This document shows positions 17,646-26,283 of a stretch of DNA of 64,000 bases, in pieces. Location: positions 36,093-100,092 of the forward strand of contig JAEWYO010000070.1 in NCBI GenBank assembly GCA_023395595.1, read 5' to 3'. The stretch's first letter is position 1. Every line of letters starts with the position of its first letter. The translations under genes were made by a program, and so were the position numbers. Under the pieces are notes generated by a model, which was not told the DNA's origin, did not search any database, and worked only from the letters and a program-made list of their open reading frames with translations. The DNA is from Bacillota bacterium (GTDB lineage Bacteria; Bacillota; Clostridia; Christensenellales; CAG-138).

Positions 17646-17655
17646 GGATCGAACC
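17646..17655. repeat. right copy of the 10-bp target-site duplication GGATCGAACC
   Basis: It is identical to 16008-16017 and immediately abuts the right IR. Confidence 0.85.
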
Positions 17656-17728
17656 GAATTGCCTTTTGCGTGAAGAATCGAGCTTGCGGCGCAGATGGGG
17701 ATGGGGGGAGACACGCGAGCAACCGCAA

Positions 17729-19228
17729 TTAACCCATCCGGACGCGAATCATATTCCAGGAGAATTTGGGCAGGGTGATTTCAAGCATGTCGCCATCGAG
17801 CCGGTATTTGGTGAGGTGAACGGGGCGAATCGGCGCGGCATCCGCTGTGTTGATGCTTTCCGGCGCAAATCCGTTGAGCGAAACAAATTCTAGAATGGAT
17901 GGAGTATCTGCTTGAGCGAACGAAATCTTGCAGTCCTGATCCTGCGATATGCTGCGGTTGACCAGGAACAGGACAACTTCGTTCTTGTCGGTGTTGTGTG
18001 TTGCCGCGCAGTCAACGGTTGGAATTGCGTCTCCTACGCTGCATGCATACGTTGGCGAATCGACCGAAACTTGCAGCGAAGTGCCGCGTCCGTGCTGCGA
18101 GGCATACAGAAACGGGTAATAGATGGTCTGCACCCATGCGCGCCCGCCCGGTTCGGTCATGATTGGCGCGATGGTGTTGACCAGCTGTGCAAGGCAGGCG
18201 ATCTTTACAACGTCCGCGCTTCGTAAGAGTGTGTTTAGCATGCAACCGACCAGCAGCGCATCCGCGCCATCATAGCGCTCCTCCTCAATGGCGCGCGGAA
18301 ATGTCCATTTCTCAGGAATAACGCCCTCTTTTTGAAAATGATACCAGACGTTCCATTCGTCAAACGAAAGAAATACATCGCGATCACTGTTCCTGCTGGC
18401 TTTTTCTGCGCGGCAAATCTCCGCAACCTCGCGAATGAACCCTTCCATCTCCACGCTTCGCGCAAGAAAAGAGGGAACATCGCCATCGTTGTTTTGATAA
18501 TACTGATGCAGGGAGAGGTAGTCGATATAGGGGAAACAGTGCTTGAGCACGGTCTGCTCCCAAACCCCGAAAGTTGGCATGCTGCGAAAGGAGCTTCCGC
18601 AGGCGACCAGCTCAATCGAAGGATCGCGCCACTTCATCATCTTTGCGGTTTCGCAGGCGGCCCTGCTGTATTCTTCCGCTGTCTTGGCGCAGATTTGCCA
18701 GGGACCATCCATCTCGTTGCCGAGGCACCAGAGATTGACGCCGTATGGTTCTGCGTGCCCGTTTGCACGTCGCAGGTCGGCATAATGGGTCGGCAGATCG
18801 CCGTTTACATAATCCAGCAGGTCGCATGCGCTCTGAGGCGTGCCGGTACCGAGATTGACGCCGAGCATGGCTTGTGTACCGAGGCGTTCGCACCACTGCA
18901 GGAATTCATCCGTGCCGACCTGATTTGGCTCCAGCGCAAACCAGGCAAGATCGGGCCGCACGGGGCGCTGCTCCTTTGGACCGATTCCGTCCTGCCAACG
19001 GTAGCCGGAGAGGAAGTTTCCACCCGGATAGCGGATGCAACTCAGTTGCAGCGGGCGCACGAGTTCCATCACGTCCTGACGGAATCCGAACGGGTCTGCG
19101 GTCGGGTGCTCGGGTTCGTAGATGCCCGTATAGACCGAGCGTCCCATATGTTCGATAAACGAGCTGTAGATGCGCGGGTCAATTTCGCTGATTTGTTTTT
19201 GCAGATCAATCGCGATGTTCGTTGTCAT
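17729..19228 (-). CDS. abfA: GH51 alpha-L-arabinofuranosidase
   Basis: The 556-aa ORF in the track is over-extended. GGAGGATGG followed by ATG 19228 gives 499 aa starting MTTNIAIDLQ. Motifs IYSSFIEHMGRSVY, RYPGGNF and LGNEMDGPWQ fit GH51. The start overlaps the upstream LacI stop (ATGA). Confidence 0.9.
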   Translation of the reverse strand: MTTNIAIDLQKQISEIDPRIYSSFIEHMGRSVYTGIYEPEHPTADPFGFRQDVMELVRPLQLSCIRYPGGNFLSGYRWQDGIGPKEQRPVRPDLAWFALEPNQVGTDEFLQWCERLGTQAMLGVNLGTGTPQSACDLLDYVNGDLPTHYADLRRANGHAEPYGVNLWCLGNEMDGPWQICAKTAEEYSRAACETAKMMKWRDPSIELVACGSSFRSMPTFGVWEQTVLKHCFPYIDYLSLHQYYQNNDGDVPSFLARSVEMEGFIREVAEICRAEKASRNSDRDVFLSFDEWNVWYHFQKEGVIPEKWTFPRAIEEERYDGADALLVGCMLNTLLRSADVVKIACLAQLVNTIAPIMTEPGGRAWVQTIYYPFLYASQHGRGTSLQVSVDSPTYACSVGDAIPTVDCAATHNTDKNEVVLFLVNRSISQDQDCKISFAQADTPSILEFVSLNGFAPESINTADAAPIRPVHLTKYRLDGDMLEITLPKFSWNMIRVRMG

Positions 19229-20268
19229 GCCATCCTCCGCGTGCCGAGCGTGGATTCGCGCTCGATGATCGAGCACTCCAGCAGGATCTCGTGTTCGGTG
19301 GGCATGCCTTTGCCGGAGAGGATGTCCAGCATGATGTGCGCGGCTTTTTGCCCGATCTCGAACAGCGGCAATGCAACGGTTGAGAGCTGTGGCCGGCACA
19401 CGGTCGAGATCTCGCGATTATCAAACCCGATCAACAAAACATCCTTGCCGACCTCGATCCCGTTTGCGTTGCAATAGTCCAGAACACCCGTCGCCATCAG
19501 GTCGTTGTGCGCAAAGATTGCCGTGGTTCCGTTTTTGATCAATTGCTCGCCGAGTGCATATCCGCAGTCGCGACTCCAGTCGCCGACCATGGTCAAGGCG
19601 GGGTTGTAAGGCACCCCGTGCGTGAAGAGTGCTTCTTGATGCCCGCGTGTGCGATTGTAGGAATGGCTGCTATCGGCTGGGCCGGAGATCATGCCGATCG
19701 TGCGCCCGCCGGCGCGAATCAACCGTTCGGTTGCCTCAAAGGCGGCCTTTTTGTCGTCGTAGATCACGGAAGGAATGGAGGTGTCCAGGCTGGTGCAGTA
19801 GGCACAGACGAACTGCGGCTCCGAATGCTCAGACAACGAGACGACAACGTGGCTGTGGCATCCAATATAGATGATGCCATCCACCTGCTTGCTGAGCATT
19901 TCATCGACAACACCGTGGACGAGCTCTGTACTCTGGGCCAAATCCTTCGGGCCGTTGCCATAGCGTTTGAAGAAACGCAGATTTCCTAATATGTAGTGAT
20001 AACCGGCTTCGTCGCATGCGGCTGCGATGCCGTCCACGATCTCCGGTGCGTTGAATACGGTCAAATCCTCTGTCACAATGCCCAGGGTTTGGCTGCGTCC
20101 GCTTTTCAGGTAACGGGCATTGAGGTTGGGGCGGTAGTTCAGCTCGCGGGCGGCATCCATCACCAACTGCCGGGTTTCGGCGTTGACGCCATACTTTCCG
20201 TTGAGCACCTTGCTGACGGTCGCAATGGATACACCGGTGCGTTCCGAAATCTCCCGAATCGTTGCCAT
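19225..20268 (-). CDS. LacI-family transcriptional repressor
   Basis: Re-called start at ATG 20268 (347 aa). The N-terminal HTH is MATIREISERTGVSIATVSKVLNG, followed by a periplasmic-binding-fold sugar domain. Confidence 0.85.
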   Translation of the reverse strand: MATIREISERTGVSIATVSKVLNGKYGVNAETRQLVMDAARELNYRPNLNARYLKSGRSQTLGIVTEDLTVFNAPEIVDGIAAACDEAGYHYILGNLRFFKRYGNGPKDLAQSTELVHGVVDEMLSKQVDGIIYIGCHSHVVVSLSEHSEPQFVCAYCTSLDTSIPSVIYDDKKAAFEATERLIRAGGRTIGMISGPADSSHSYNRTRGHQEALFTHGVPYNPALTMVGDWSRDCGYALGEQLIKNGTTAIFAHNDLMATGVLDYCNANGIEVGKDVLLIGFDNREISTVCRPQLSTVALPLFEIGQKAAHIMLDILSGKGMPTEHEILLECSIIERESTLGTRRMA

Positions 20269-20321
20269 AGTCGTTACTCTTTCTGCTTTTGTTGCGTGCG
20301 ATCTTGCTTTTCCTGTCTTTA

Positions 20322-20335
20322 TGTTAAACGTTATA
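20322..20335. promoter_or_regulatory. candidate LacI-family operator O1 (TGTTAAACGTTATA)
   Basis: It shares the CG-centred core TAAACGTT with two other sites. It overlaps a minus-strand -10-like TAACAT (20321-20326) of a TTGATT-16-TAACAT candidate promoter for the LacI gene. Confidence 0.5.
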
Positions 20336-20431
20336 TGCATAAAAATCAAGTGAAATCGCGGATTTTCTGATCCATCGCGTGTTCGATCCGCAGAATTTTT
20401 GATGGTTTTCAAAAGAATTCCTCAAAAACTC

Positions 20432-20461
20432 TTTACAAACGCATTTCTGTTGCAGTATAGT
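20432..20461 (+). promoter_or_regulatory. candidate sigma-A promoter for the GH127 gene
   Basis: TTTACA (20432-20437), an 18-nt spacer, then TATAGT (20456-20461). Confidence 0.5.
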
Positions 20462-20473
20462 AGCGATATCAAA

Positions 20474-20487
20474 GAAAACGTTTAACA
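20474..20487. promoter_or_regulatory. candidate LacI-family operator O2 (reverse complement TGTTAAACGTTTTC)
   Basis: It has the same half-site TGTTAAAC as O1. It lies just downstream of the predicted -10, around +6 to +20. Confidence 0.5.
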
Positions 20488-20535
20488 TAAAACATCGAAT
20501 TATCTACCAAAACACATCTATAATGGCTAAAACGA

Positions 20536-20549
20536 GTAAACGTTTAGCA
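20536..20549. promoter_or_regulatory. candidate LacI-family operator O3 (reverse complement TGCTAAACGTTTAC)
   Basis: It contains the perfect palindrome TAAACGTTTA (20537-20546). It sits directly upstream of the GH127 RBS AAGGAAG. Confidence 0.5.
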
Positions 20550-20568
20550 TGATAAGGAAGACTTCACA

Positions 20569-22563
20569 ATGGCAAACAAACTGCGTCCATCTTCGATCCG
20601 GCAGATTGAGATCACAGATCAACTGTTTGGGCGGTATGTCTCCATTCTGGCGGAATCGATCCTACCGTATCAGTGGAATGCACTCAACGGTGGTGTCGAT
20701 ATTTCGGACACGGATCAATGGGAGGCACTCAACGGACGGGTAACGGACGAACGGGTCTCCAGCTGCATCGATAACTTTCGCATCGCAGCCGGAGAGAAGC
20801 AGGGCAAGCACTCCGGCGCCGTGTTTCAGGATACCGATGCGTACAAGTGGCTCGAAGCCGCAGCGTACTGCATCGAGATTGGAAAAGGTGCGTCGTTGCG
20901 GGAGCGCGCAGACGAGCTGATCGAGCTGATCAGCCGCGCGCAGCAGCCCGACGGATATCTTAACACGTTCTTTACCATTGCAGACCCCGCTCACCGCTGG
21001 AAAAACCTCGCGGAAGGGCACGAGCTCTATTGCGCGGGGCATCTGATTGAAGCCGCGGTGGCATACTATCACGCAACCGGAACCGACCGGCTGTTGGAGG
21101 TTGGCAAACGATTTGCGGACTTGATCGCGACCGTGTTCGGACCGGAAGAGGGCAAGTGCAAGGGGTATCCCGGGCATCAGGAGATCGAGCTCGCACTGGT
21201 GAAGCTCTATCGCGTGACCCGCGAGAGCCGCTATCTCGAACTCGCGAAGCACTTCTTAAGCGAGCGCGGCAAGGCGCCGAACTATCTCATCGCCGAGATG
21301 GAGACGACCAAAGACTTCCGCCTGTTTCCGGAGTTTTCGCATTACGATGCGGAATATGCGCAGACGCACCTGCCGCCAATCGAGCAGACCACGGCGGAAG
21401 GGCACGCGGTTCGCGCGGTCTATATGTATTCCGCGATGGCGGATCTTGCCAAGGAATGCGACGACGAGAAAATGAAGCAGGCTTGCAAGACGCTCTGGGA
21501 AAACATCACCACCAAACGCATGTATATCACGGGCGGCATCGGCTCTTCGGGATTGCTAGAGCGCTTTACGGTGGATTATGATCTGCCCAATGATCGCATG
21601 TATTGTGAATCCTGCGCTTCGATCGGGCTGATGATGTTCGGTCAGCGCATGAACCTGCTCACGCGGGATGCTTCGTATTACGATGTTGTCGAGCGTGCGC
21701 TCTGCAATACCGTGCTCGCCGGTATTTCCGCCGCGGGGGATCGATATTTCTACGTCAATCCGTTGGAAGTTTGGCCGGATAACTGCAAGTCCTCCACGTC
21801 GATGTCGCATGTGAAGCCCGTCCGTCAGGAGTGGTTCTCCTGCGCTTGCTGCCCGCCGAATATTGCGCGGACACTTGCGTCCGTCGGGCAGTATATCTAT
21901 GCAGAGGACGAAAAATCCGTCTATATCAACCAATTTATCTCATCTAAACTGAAGACTTCGATAGCAGGGACGGATGTCTCGCTCTGCCTCGATTCCAGCT
22001 ACATGGCAGATGGTTGCATCCGTATTTCGGTTGACAGTGCTTCCGCTCATCCGTTCACAGTGCGCGTGCGCATTCCGCATTTCTTGAAGAACCCGGTGTT
22101 CCTACTGGATCAAACCGAAATTACGCCGGTGATTGAGAACGGATATGCAGTGCTGGCTGTTTCCCGCGCAGGGGAGCAGACCTTCACCCTTCGTGGCCTT
22201 GTCGAACCGGAATTCTTTGTGGCAAACGATCAGGTGCGCGCCGACATCGGCAAACTTGCGCTGATGTTCGGGCCTTATGTCTATTGCCTTGAGGAGATGG
22301 ACAACGGGAAGAACTTGGCGAACGTATTTGTGCAGCCGCGAAATGCGATTGAGAAGAAGCCTCCTGTGGAAGGAATGCCCGGCGCGCTGCCGACACTGGC
22401 ATTCACCGGAGAGCGTCTCCTGCGCACGACGGAGCAAACCGGCGCGCTCTATGCGTCACCGAGTTTTGAGAAGACGCAGGCGGCATTGACCGCAATTCCT
22501 TACTGCCTCTGGTGCAATCGCGAACCCGGAGAAATGCTGGTTTGGATGAAGGCAAGCCTCTAA
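20569..22563 (+). CDS. GH127 beta-L-arabinofuranosidase (DUF1680/HypBA1-like)
   Basis: 664 aa. The family-typical Cys cluster WFSCACCPPNIARTLASVGQY and the ELYCAGHLIEAAVAYY segment are present. Confidence 0.85.
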   Translation: MANKLRPSSIRQIEITDQLFGRYVSILAESILPYQWNALNGGVDISDTDQWEALNGRVTDERVSSCIDNFRIAAGEKQGKHSGAVFQDTDAYKWLEAAAYCIEIGKGASLRERADELIELISRAQQPDGYLNTFFTIADPAHRWKNLAEGHELYCAGHLIEAAVAYYHATGTDRLLEVGKRFADLIATVFGPEEGKCKGYPGHQEIELALVKLYRVTRESRYLELAKHFLSERGKAPNYLIAEMETTKDFRLFPEFSHYDAEYAQTHLPPIEQTTAEGHAVRAVYMYSAMADLAKECDDEKMKQACKTLWENITTKRMYITGGIGSSGLLERFTVDYDLPNDRMYCESCASIGLMMFGQRMNLLTRDASYYDVVERALCNTVLAGISAAGDRYFYVNPLEVWPDNCKSSTSMSHVKPVRQEWFSCACCPPNIARTLASVGQYIYAEDEKSVYINQFISSKLKTSIAGTDVSLCLDSSYMADGCIRISVDSASAHPFTVRVRIPHFLKNPVFLLDQTEITPVIENGYAVLAVSRAGEQTFTLRGLVEPEFFVANDQVRADIGKLALMFGPYVYCLEEMDNGKNLANVFVQPRNAIEKKPPVEGMPGALPTLAFTGERLLRTTEQTGALYASPSFEKTQAALTAIPYCLWCNREPGEMLVWMKASL

Positions 22564-22629
22564 TTCTAACAAAGAGCTGGCAAACACGTCTGAAAAAATC
22601 TAAAACTCTCTAGTATCTACTTATCATTT

Positions 22630-22896
22630 GAAAGTTGCTGTAATGATCCGATGTCTGCGGCGCAAGCCGCAGGCACACCCGAAGATTCTATCTCTCACTT
22701 TGATCAGCAGACGGAAGTTGCTGTAATGCTCCGATGTCTGCGGCGTAAGCCGCAGCCACCCCGAAGATTCTATCTCTCGCTTTGATCAGCAGACGGAAGT
22801 TGCTGTAATGCTCCGATGTCTGCGGCGTAAGCCGCAGTCTCGCCCAAAGATTCGATCTCTCTGGTTTATATCAGCAGCAGGAAGTTGCTGTATAAT
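22630..22896 (+). repeat. tandem array of 82-85 bp units (3 full copies plus 1 truncated), each with a GNRA-capped hairpin
   Basis: The units are 22630-22712, 22713-22794 and 22795-22879, with a partial unit from 22880. The hairpins CTGCGGC-G(C/T)AA-GCCGCAG lie at 22655-22672, 22738-22755 and 22820-22837. The last partial unit ends in TGTATAAT (22889-22896). Confidence 0.9.
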
Positions 22897-22923
22897 AAAT
22901 AAATACAAGGAAGGGAATTGGAA

Positions 22924-24330
22924 ATGAAAACCAAGAAGTTACTTGCTCTGCTGCTTTGTGCCATGATGGTTTCCGCCCTGTTCGCATGCGCACAACCCGC
23001 AGCACCTGCAACCGAAGAACCCGCCACCGAGGCAACCGAAGCCCCCGCGGCCGAGGCAACCGAAGCGGCACCCGCACCTGCAGAGAAGATTACACTCACC
23101 TTCTCGCTCTGGGGTGATCCTGCGGAGCAGGAAACGACGCAGAAAGCGCTCGACGTTTACAACAACTCGCAGGATAAAGTATACGTCAAAGCACTGCAAA
23201 TCGGACGCGATGAGTATAACGAAAAGCTCCAGACTATGGCGACCGCTGGCGAAATGCCGGATTGCGGCATGGTAGCGGAAGACACCGTGATCGCGTGGGC
23301 AAGAGACGGCCTGCTGTCCGATGTGGACATCTATGCCGGTCAGAAAAACCTGCCGCTGGACTACCTTGCATTCAAGTACAACGGCAAGACCGTTGCCTAT
23401 TCCTCTGCAAACGAAGTCCTCGCTCTGTGGTACAACAAAGCGATGTTCGACGCAGCAGGCATCCCCTATCCGCCGACCACGCTGGACAAGGCTTGGACGT
23501 GGGATCAGTTCGTTGAGGTTGCCAAGCAGTTGACGATTGACGCCAACGGCAAGCATCCGGGCGACGCCGGTTTCAACAAGGACAACATTGTCCAGTACGG
23601 CGCGTATGTCAACCAGTACACCTGGCAGCTCGAAGCATGGGCGCTCAGCAATGGCGGCAGCTTCTTCTCGGCGGATGGCAAATCTGTCGTGTTTGACGAC
23701 GCAGCAATCGAAGGCATCCAGAAGGTGTTCGACCTGCATCTCGTGGACAACGTCGCTCCGCTGAATGACGGCACGCAGGACAACGGTTTTGCCAGCTCTC
23801 TGGGCGCAGGCAACGTTGCCATGTGCACCGAAGGCCAGTGGGCAACCGGATTCCGTTCCGGCCTGGAAGGCATTGACTACGGCGTTGCCGTTCTGCCCTA
23901 CATGAAGGAAAAAGTGACCATCGCGACGGGCGGCCCGACGGGCGTGTTCGCAACGTCGAAATATCCGCAGGAAGCGGCCGAATTCCTCAGATGGTACAAC
24001 AGCGAAGAAAACAACATCGGCACGATCATGGCGGGCTGGTGGATGCCCACAAAGCAAAACTGGTACACCGATGAAACGCTGCTCAAGTCCTGGGTGGACG
24101 ATTGCGAACTCCGCGCAGCGCTCCCGGCAGATGCCTACAAGACCGCGATTGTTGACGTCGCACTCAACACCGAAGTCACGCATCAGACCGGCTGGTACTA
24201 TACGCCGAATACGTTTGAAGTTCTCGTGAAGACCCTGCAGCCGGCGCTCGTGGAAGCGATTAACGGCAGCAAGACGGCCAAAGAAGTCATCGATTCCGTC
24301 CGGGATGCCATGCAGGCACAACTCGGCTGA
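22924..24330 (+). CDS. CUT1-family ABC transporter sugar-binding lipoprotein
   Basis: AAGGAAGGGA RBS followed by ATG 22924. The signal peptide is MKTKKLLALLLCAMMVSALFAC (lipobox), followed by a Pro/Ala/Glu/Thr linker. The body is typical of extracellular solute-binding family 1. Confidence 0.85.
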   Translation: MKTKKLLALLLCAMMVSALFACAQPAAPATEEPATEATEAPAAEATEAAPAPAEKITLTFSLWGDPAEQETTQKALDVYNNSQDKVYVKALQIGRDEYNEKLQTMATAGEMPDCGMVAEDTVIAWARDGLLSDVDIYAGQKNLPLDYLAFKYNGKTVAYSSANEVLALWYNKAMFDAAGIPYPPTTLDKAWTWDQFVEVAKQLTIDANGKHPGDAGFNKDNIVQYGAYVNQYTWQLEAWALSNGGSFFSADGKSVVFDDAAIEGIQKVFDLHLVDNVAPLNDGTQDNGFASSLGAGNVAMCTEGQWATGFRSGLEGIDYGVAVLPYMKEKVTIATGGPTGVFATSKYPQEAAEFLRWYNSEENNIGTIMAGWWMPTKQNWYTDETLLKSWVDDCELRAALPADAYKTAIVDVALNTEVTHQTGWYYTPNTFEVLVKTLQPALVEAINGSKTAKEVIDSVRDAMQAQLG

Positions 24331-24368
24331 TCGAATCACCGAAACAGCATCGACTAGCAAATGAGCAA

Positions 24369-24420
24369 GCGGGGCGCCTGTATGGTACATGCCTATGCGG
24401 GTGCCCCGCGGTTCTTATTT
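24369..24420 (+). terminator. intercistronic stem-loop / partial terminator after the SBP gene
   Basis: The GCGGGGC ... GCCCCGC stem (24369-24375 / 24403-24409) is followed by the T-rich GGTTCTTATTT. It sits between the SBP and the first permease gene. Confidence 0.5.
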
Positions 24421-24442
24421 TCCAGGAAAGTGTGAGATCGTC

Positions 24443-25384
24443 ATGACAAACAAGAGGAAACGGGCGAAGATCGCGGTCAACGAACAACGCGCGGCATATA
24501 TTTTTCTCATTCCCGCGCTGCTCGGGTTGACATTCATTACGTATTTGCCCCTGCTGGCCGTATTCGGCATCAGTTTGACCGATTTAAACGTCGGCCATTT
24601 CATCAAGGGAGGATCGATGCCTCCGGTGAAATTTGTCGGCTTAGAAAACTTCAAAGAAATCTTTCAAAACCCGAGCATCGATTTTCTCAATTCCATCAAA
24701 GTAACCGTCGTTTTTGCTTTGCTCGCTGTGGTCAGCAGCATTGTGTATTCGCTGTTGGTTGCGATGCTGCTCAATCGCAAGATGCCCGGGCGCGGCCTCT
24801 TCCGCGCGATTTTCTATATCCCGTATATTCTGCCGGCAACGGCTGTGATGATCAGCTGGTGGTTTCTACTCAAATATGACGGAGGGTTGATCAACTACAT
24901 TTTAGTGAGCCTAGGCCTTGGGAAGTCCTATTTCCTTTCCGCGGCGAACACCGCGCTGCCGTCTCTTGCGATGATTGCGGTCTGGACGTCCGGCAACTTG
25001 ATTGTGATATTCCTTGCGGGATTGCAGAATGTGCCGCGTGTCTACCACGAGGCGGCGGAGATCGACGGAGCCAACGCTTGGCAGCGCTTTTGGAATATTA
25101 CGATTCCGAGCATGACGCCGATCATCTTCTACAATCTTTTGATGAGCCTTGTTGTCAATCTACAGGTCGTGGTTCCCGCACTGGCGGTTACAAAAGGCGG
25201 GCCGGGTAAATCTACGATGTTTATGACCTATCTGATGTATCAGACCGGCTTTCGAGGTCGGGCACTGGGACAGGCGGGCGCGATCGCGTTTGTGTTTTTC
25301 ATTGTAGCTGCGATTCTCGCGTTTGTACTGTTTGCAACGTCCAAGAGCTGGATTTACGATGAGGGGGGAGAGGACAAGAAATGA
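24443..25384 (+). CDS. ABC transporter permease (MalF/CUT1 type)
   Basis: Re-called start at ATG 24443 (MTNKRKRAKIAVNEQRAAYIFLIPALLGL). There are six hydrophobic helices, plus the EAA-like loop EAAEIDGANAWQRFWNITIP. Confidence 0.85.
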   Translation: MTNKRKRAKIAVNEQRAAYIFLIPALLGLTFITYLPLLAVFGISLTDLNVGHFIKGGSMPPVKFVGLENFKEIFQNPSIDFLNSIKVTVVFALLAVVSSIVYSLLVAMLLNRKMPGRGLFRAIFYIPYILPATAVMISWWFLLKYDGGLINYILVSLGLGKSYFLSAANTALPSLAMIAVWTSGNLIVIFLAGLQNVPRVYHEAAEIDGANAWQRFWNITIPSMTPIIFYNLLMSLVVNLQVVVPALAVTKGGPGKSTMFMTYLMYQTGFRGRALGQAGAIAFVFFIVAAILAFVLFATSKSWIYDEGGEDKK

Positions 25385-26283
25385 GCGAATCTGCCGTTCA
25401 AACTGGAGCCAAGAAGAAGTACAAGCCGATTCGCAGTTCCATCAGGAGCAAGAAGAGAAGTCAACAGATTGCGGATACGGTTTCGTTTCTGATTGTTGTG
25501 ATCCTTGCTGCCCTCGTGATGCTGCCCATCTGGTGGATGATCCGTTCCTCGTTGATGAAGAGCCTGGAGATCTTTCGGTGGCCGCCGCAATTTTTCCCGA
25601 AAGAATGGCTGTTTTCCAACTATAACATCAAGCCGACTACGTTCGACTTCTGGCGGTATCTGGGAAACACGCTTACGATCGTTGTGCCCAGCGTCGTATT
25701 CGGCACGATCACAGCGACGTTCTGCGGCTATGCATTTGCGCGCCTGCGCTTTCGCGGCAAAGCCTTTCTGTTCTCTCTTTGCGTGGGCTCGATGCTGCTG
25801 CCGACGATGGTAACACTGATTCCGCTCTACATTGCGTGGTCGAGCCTGGGGTTGACGGACACCTATTGGCCGCTGATTCTGCCGTATCTTTGCGGCGGCG
25901 GAGCGTTCAATATCTTCCTGATCAGGCAGTTTATCAAGACGCTCCCGCGTGAGCTGGATGAATCGGCCTCCATCGATGGCGCCGGATATTTTCGAACGCT
26001 GGTGAGCATCATCCTGCCCTCCATCAAGCCCGCGATCATCGTCGTTGCGCTATTGATTTTCATTACAACATGGAACGACCTGTTGCAACAAACCATCTAT
26101 ATCTCCTCCCGCGAAAAATACACCATGGCGGTTGGGTTGACCACGTTTATGGGATCGTTTAAAAACGATTATGCGGGTATGTTTGCCGCAACGTGCCTTT
26201 CGTTTATCCCCGGCGTTGTTGTGTATTTACTCGGTCAAAGACACTTTGTAGAAGGCATAGTCATGACGGGCATGAAAAACTGA
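25381..26283 (+). CDS. ABC transporter permease (MalG/CUT1 type)
   Basis: 300 aa. The start overlaps the upstream stop (ATGA). The EAA loop is ESASIDGAGYFRTLVSIILP. Confidence 0.85.
   Translation: MSESAVQTGAKKKYKPIRSSIRSKKRSQQIADTVSFLIVVILAALVMLPIWWMIRSSLMKSLEIFRWPPQFFPKEWLFSNYNIKPTTFDFWRYLGNTLTIVVPSVVFGTITATFCGYAFARLRFRGKAFLFSLCVGSMLLPTMVTLIPLYIAWSSLGLTDTYWPLILPYLCGGGAFNIFLIRQFIKTLPRELDESASIDGAGYFRTLVSIILPSIKPAIIVVALLIFITTWNDLLQQTIYISSREKYTMAVGLTTFMGSFKNDYAGMFAATCLSFIPGVVVYLLGQRHFVEGIVMTGMKN

Noticed and set aside
17729-19399. Long N-terminal extensions in the ORF track taken at face value. Examples are GH51 at 556 aa, the FG-GAP gene from 44090, OppF from 43123, the LacI gene from 20412, the ROK gene from 38211 and the YesM-like HK from 63037.
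   Set aside because: The extensions overlap upstream genes or intergenic promoters, are Arg/His-rich, and precede internal starts that have good RBSs and canonical family N-termini. I shortened the coordinates accordingly.
22630-22896. The tandem repeats considered as a CRISPR array.
   Set aside because: The whole 82-85 bp unit is reiterated head to tail with no unique spacers between conserved repeats. There are no cas genes and the period is wrong. It is a tandem repeat, not a CRISPR.
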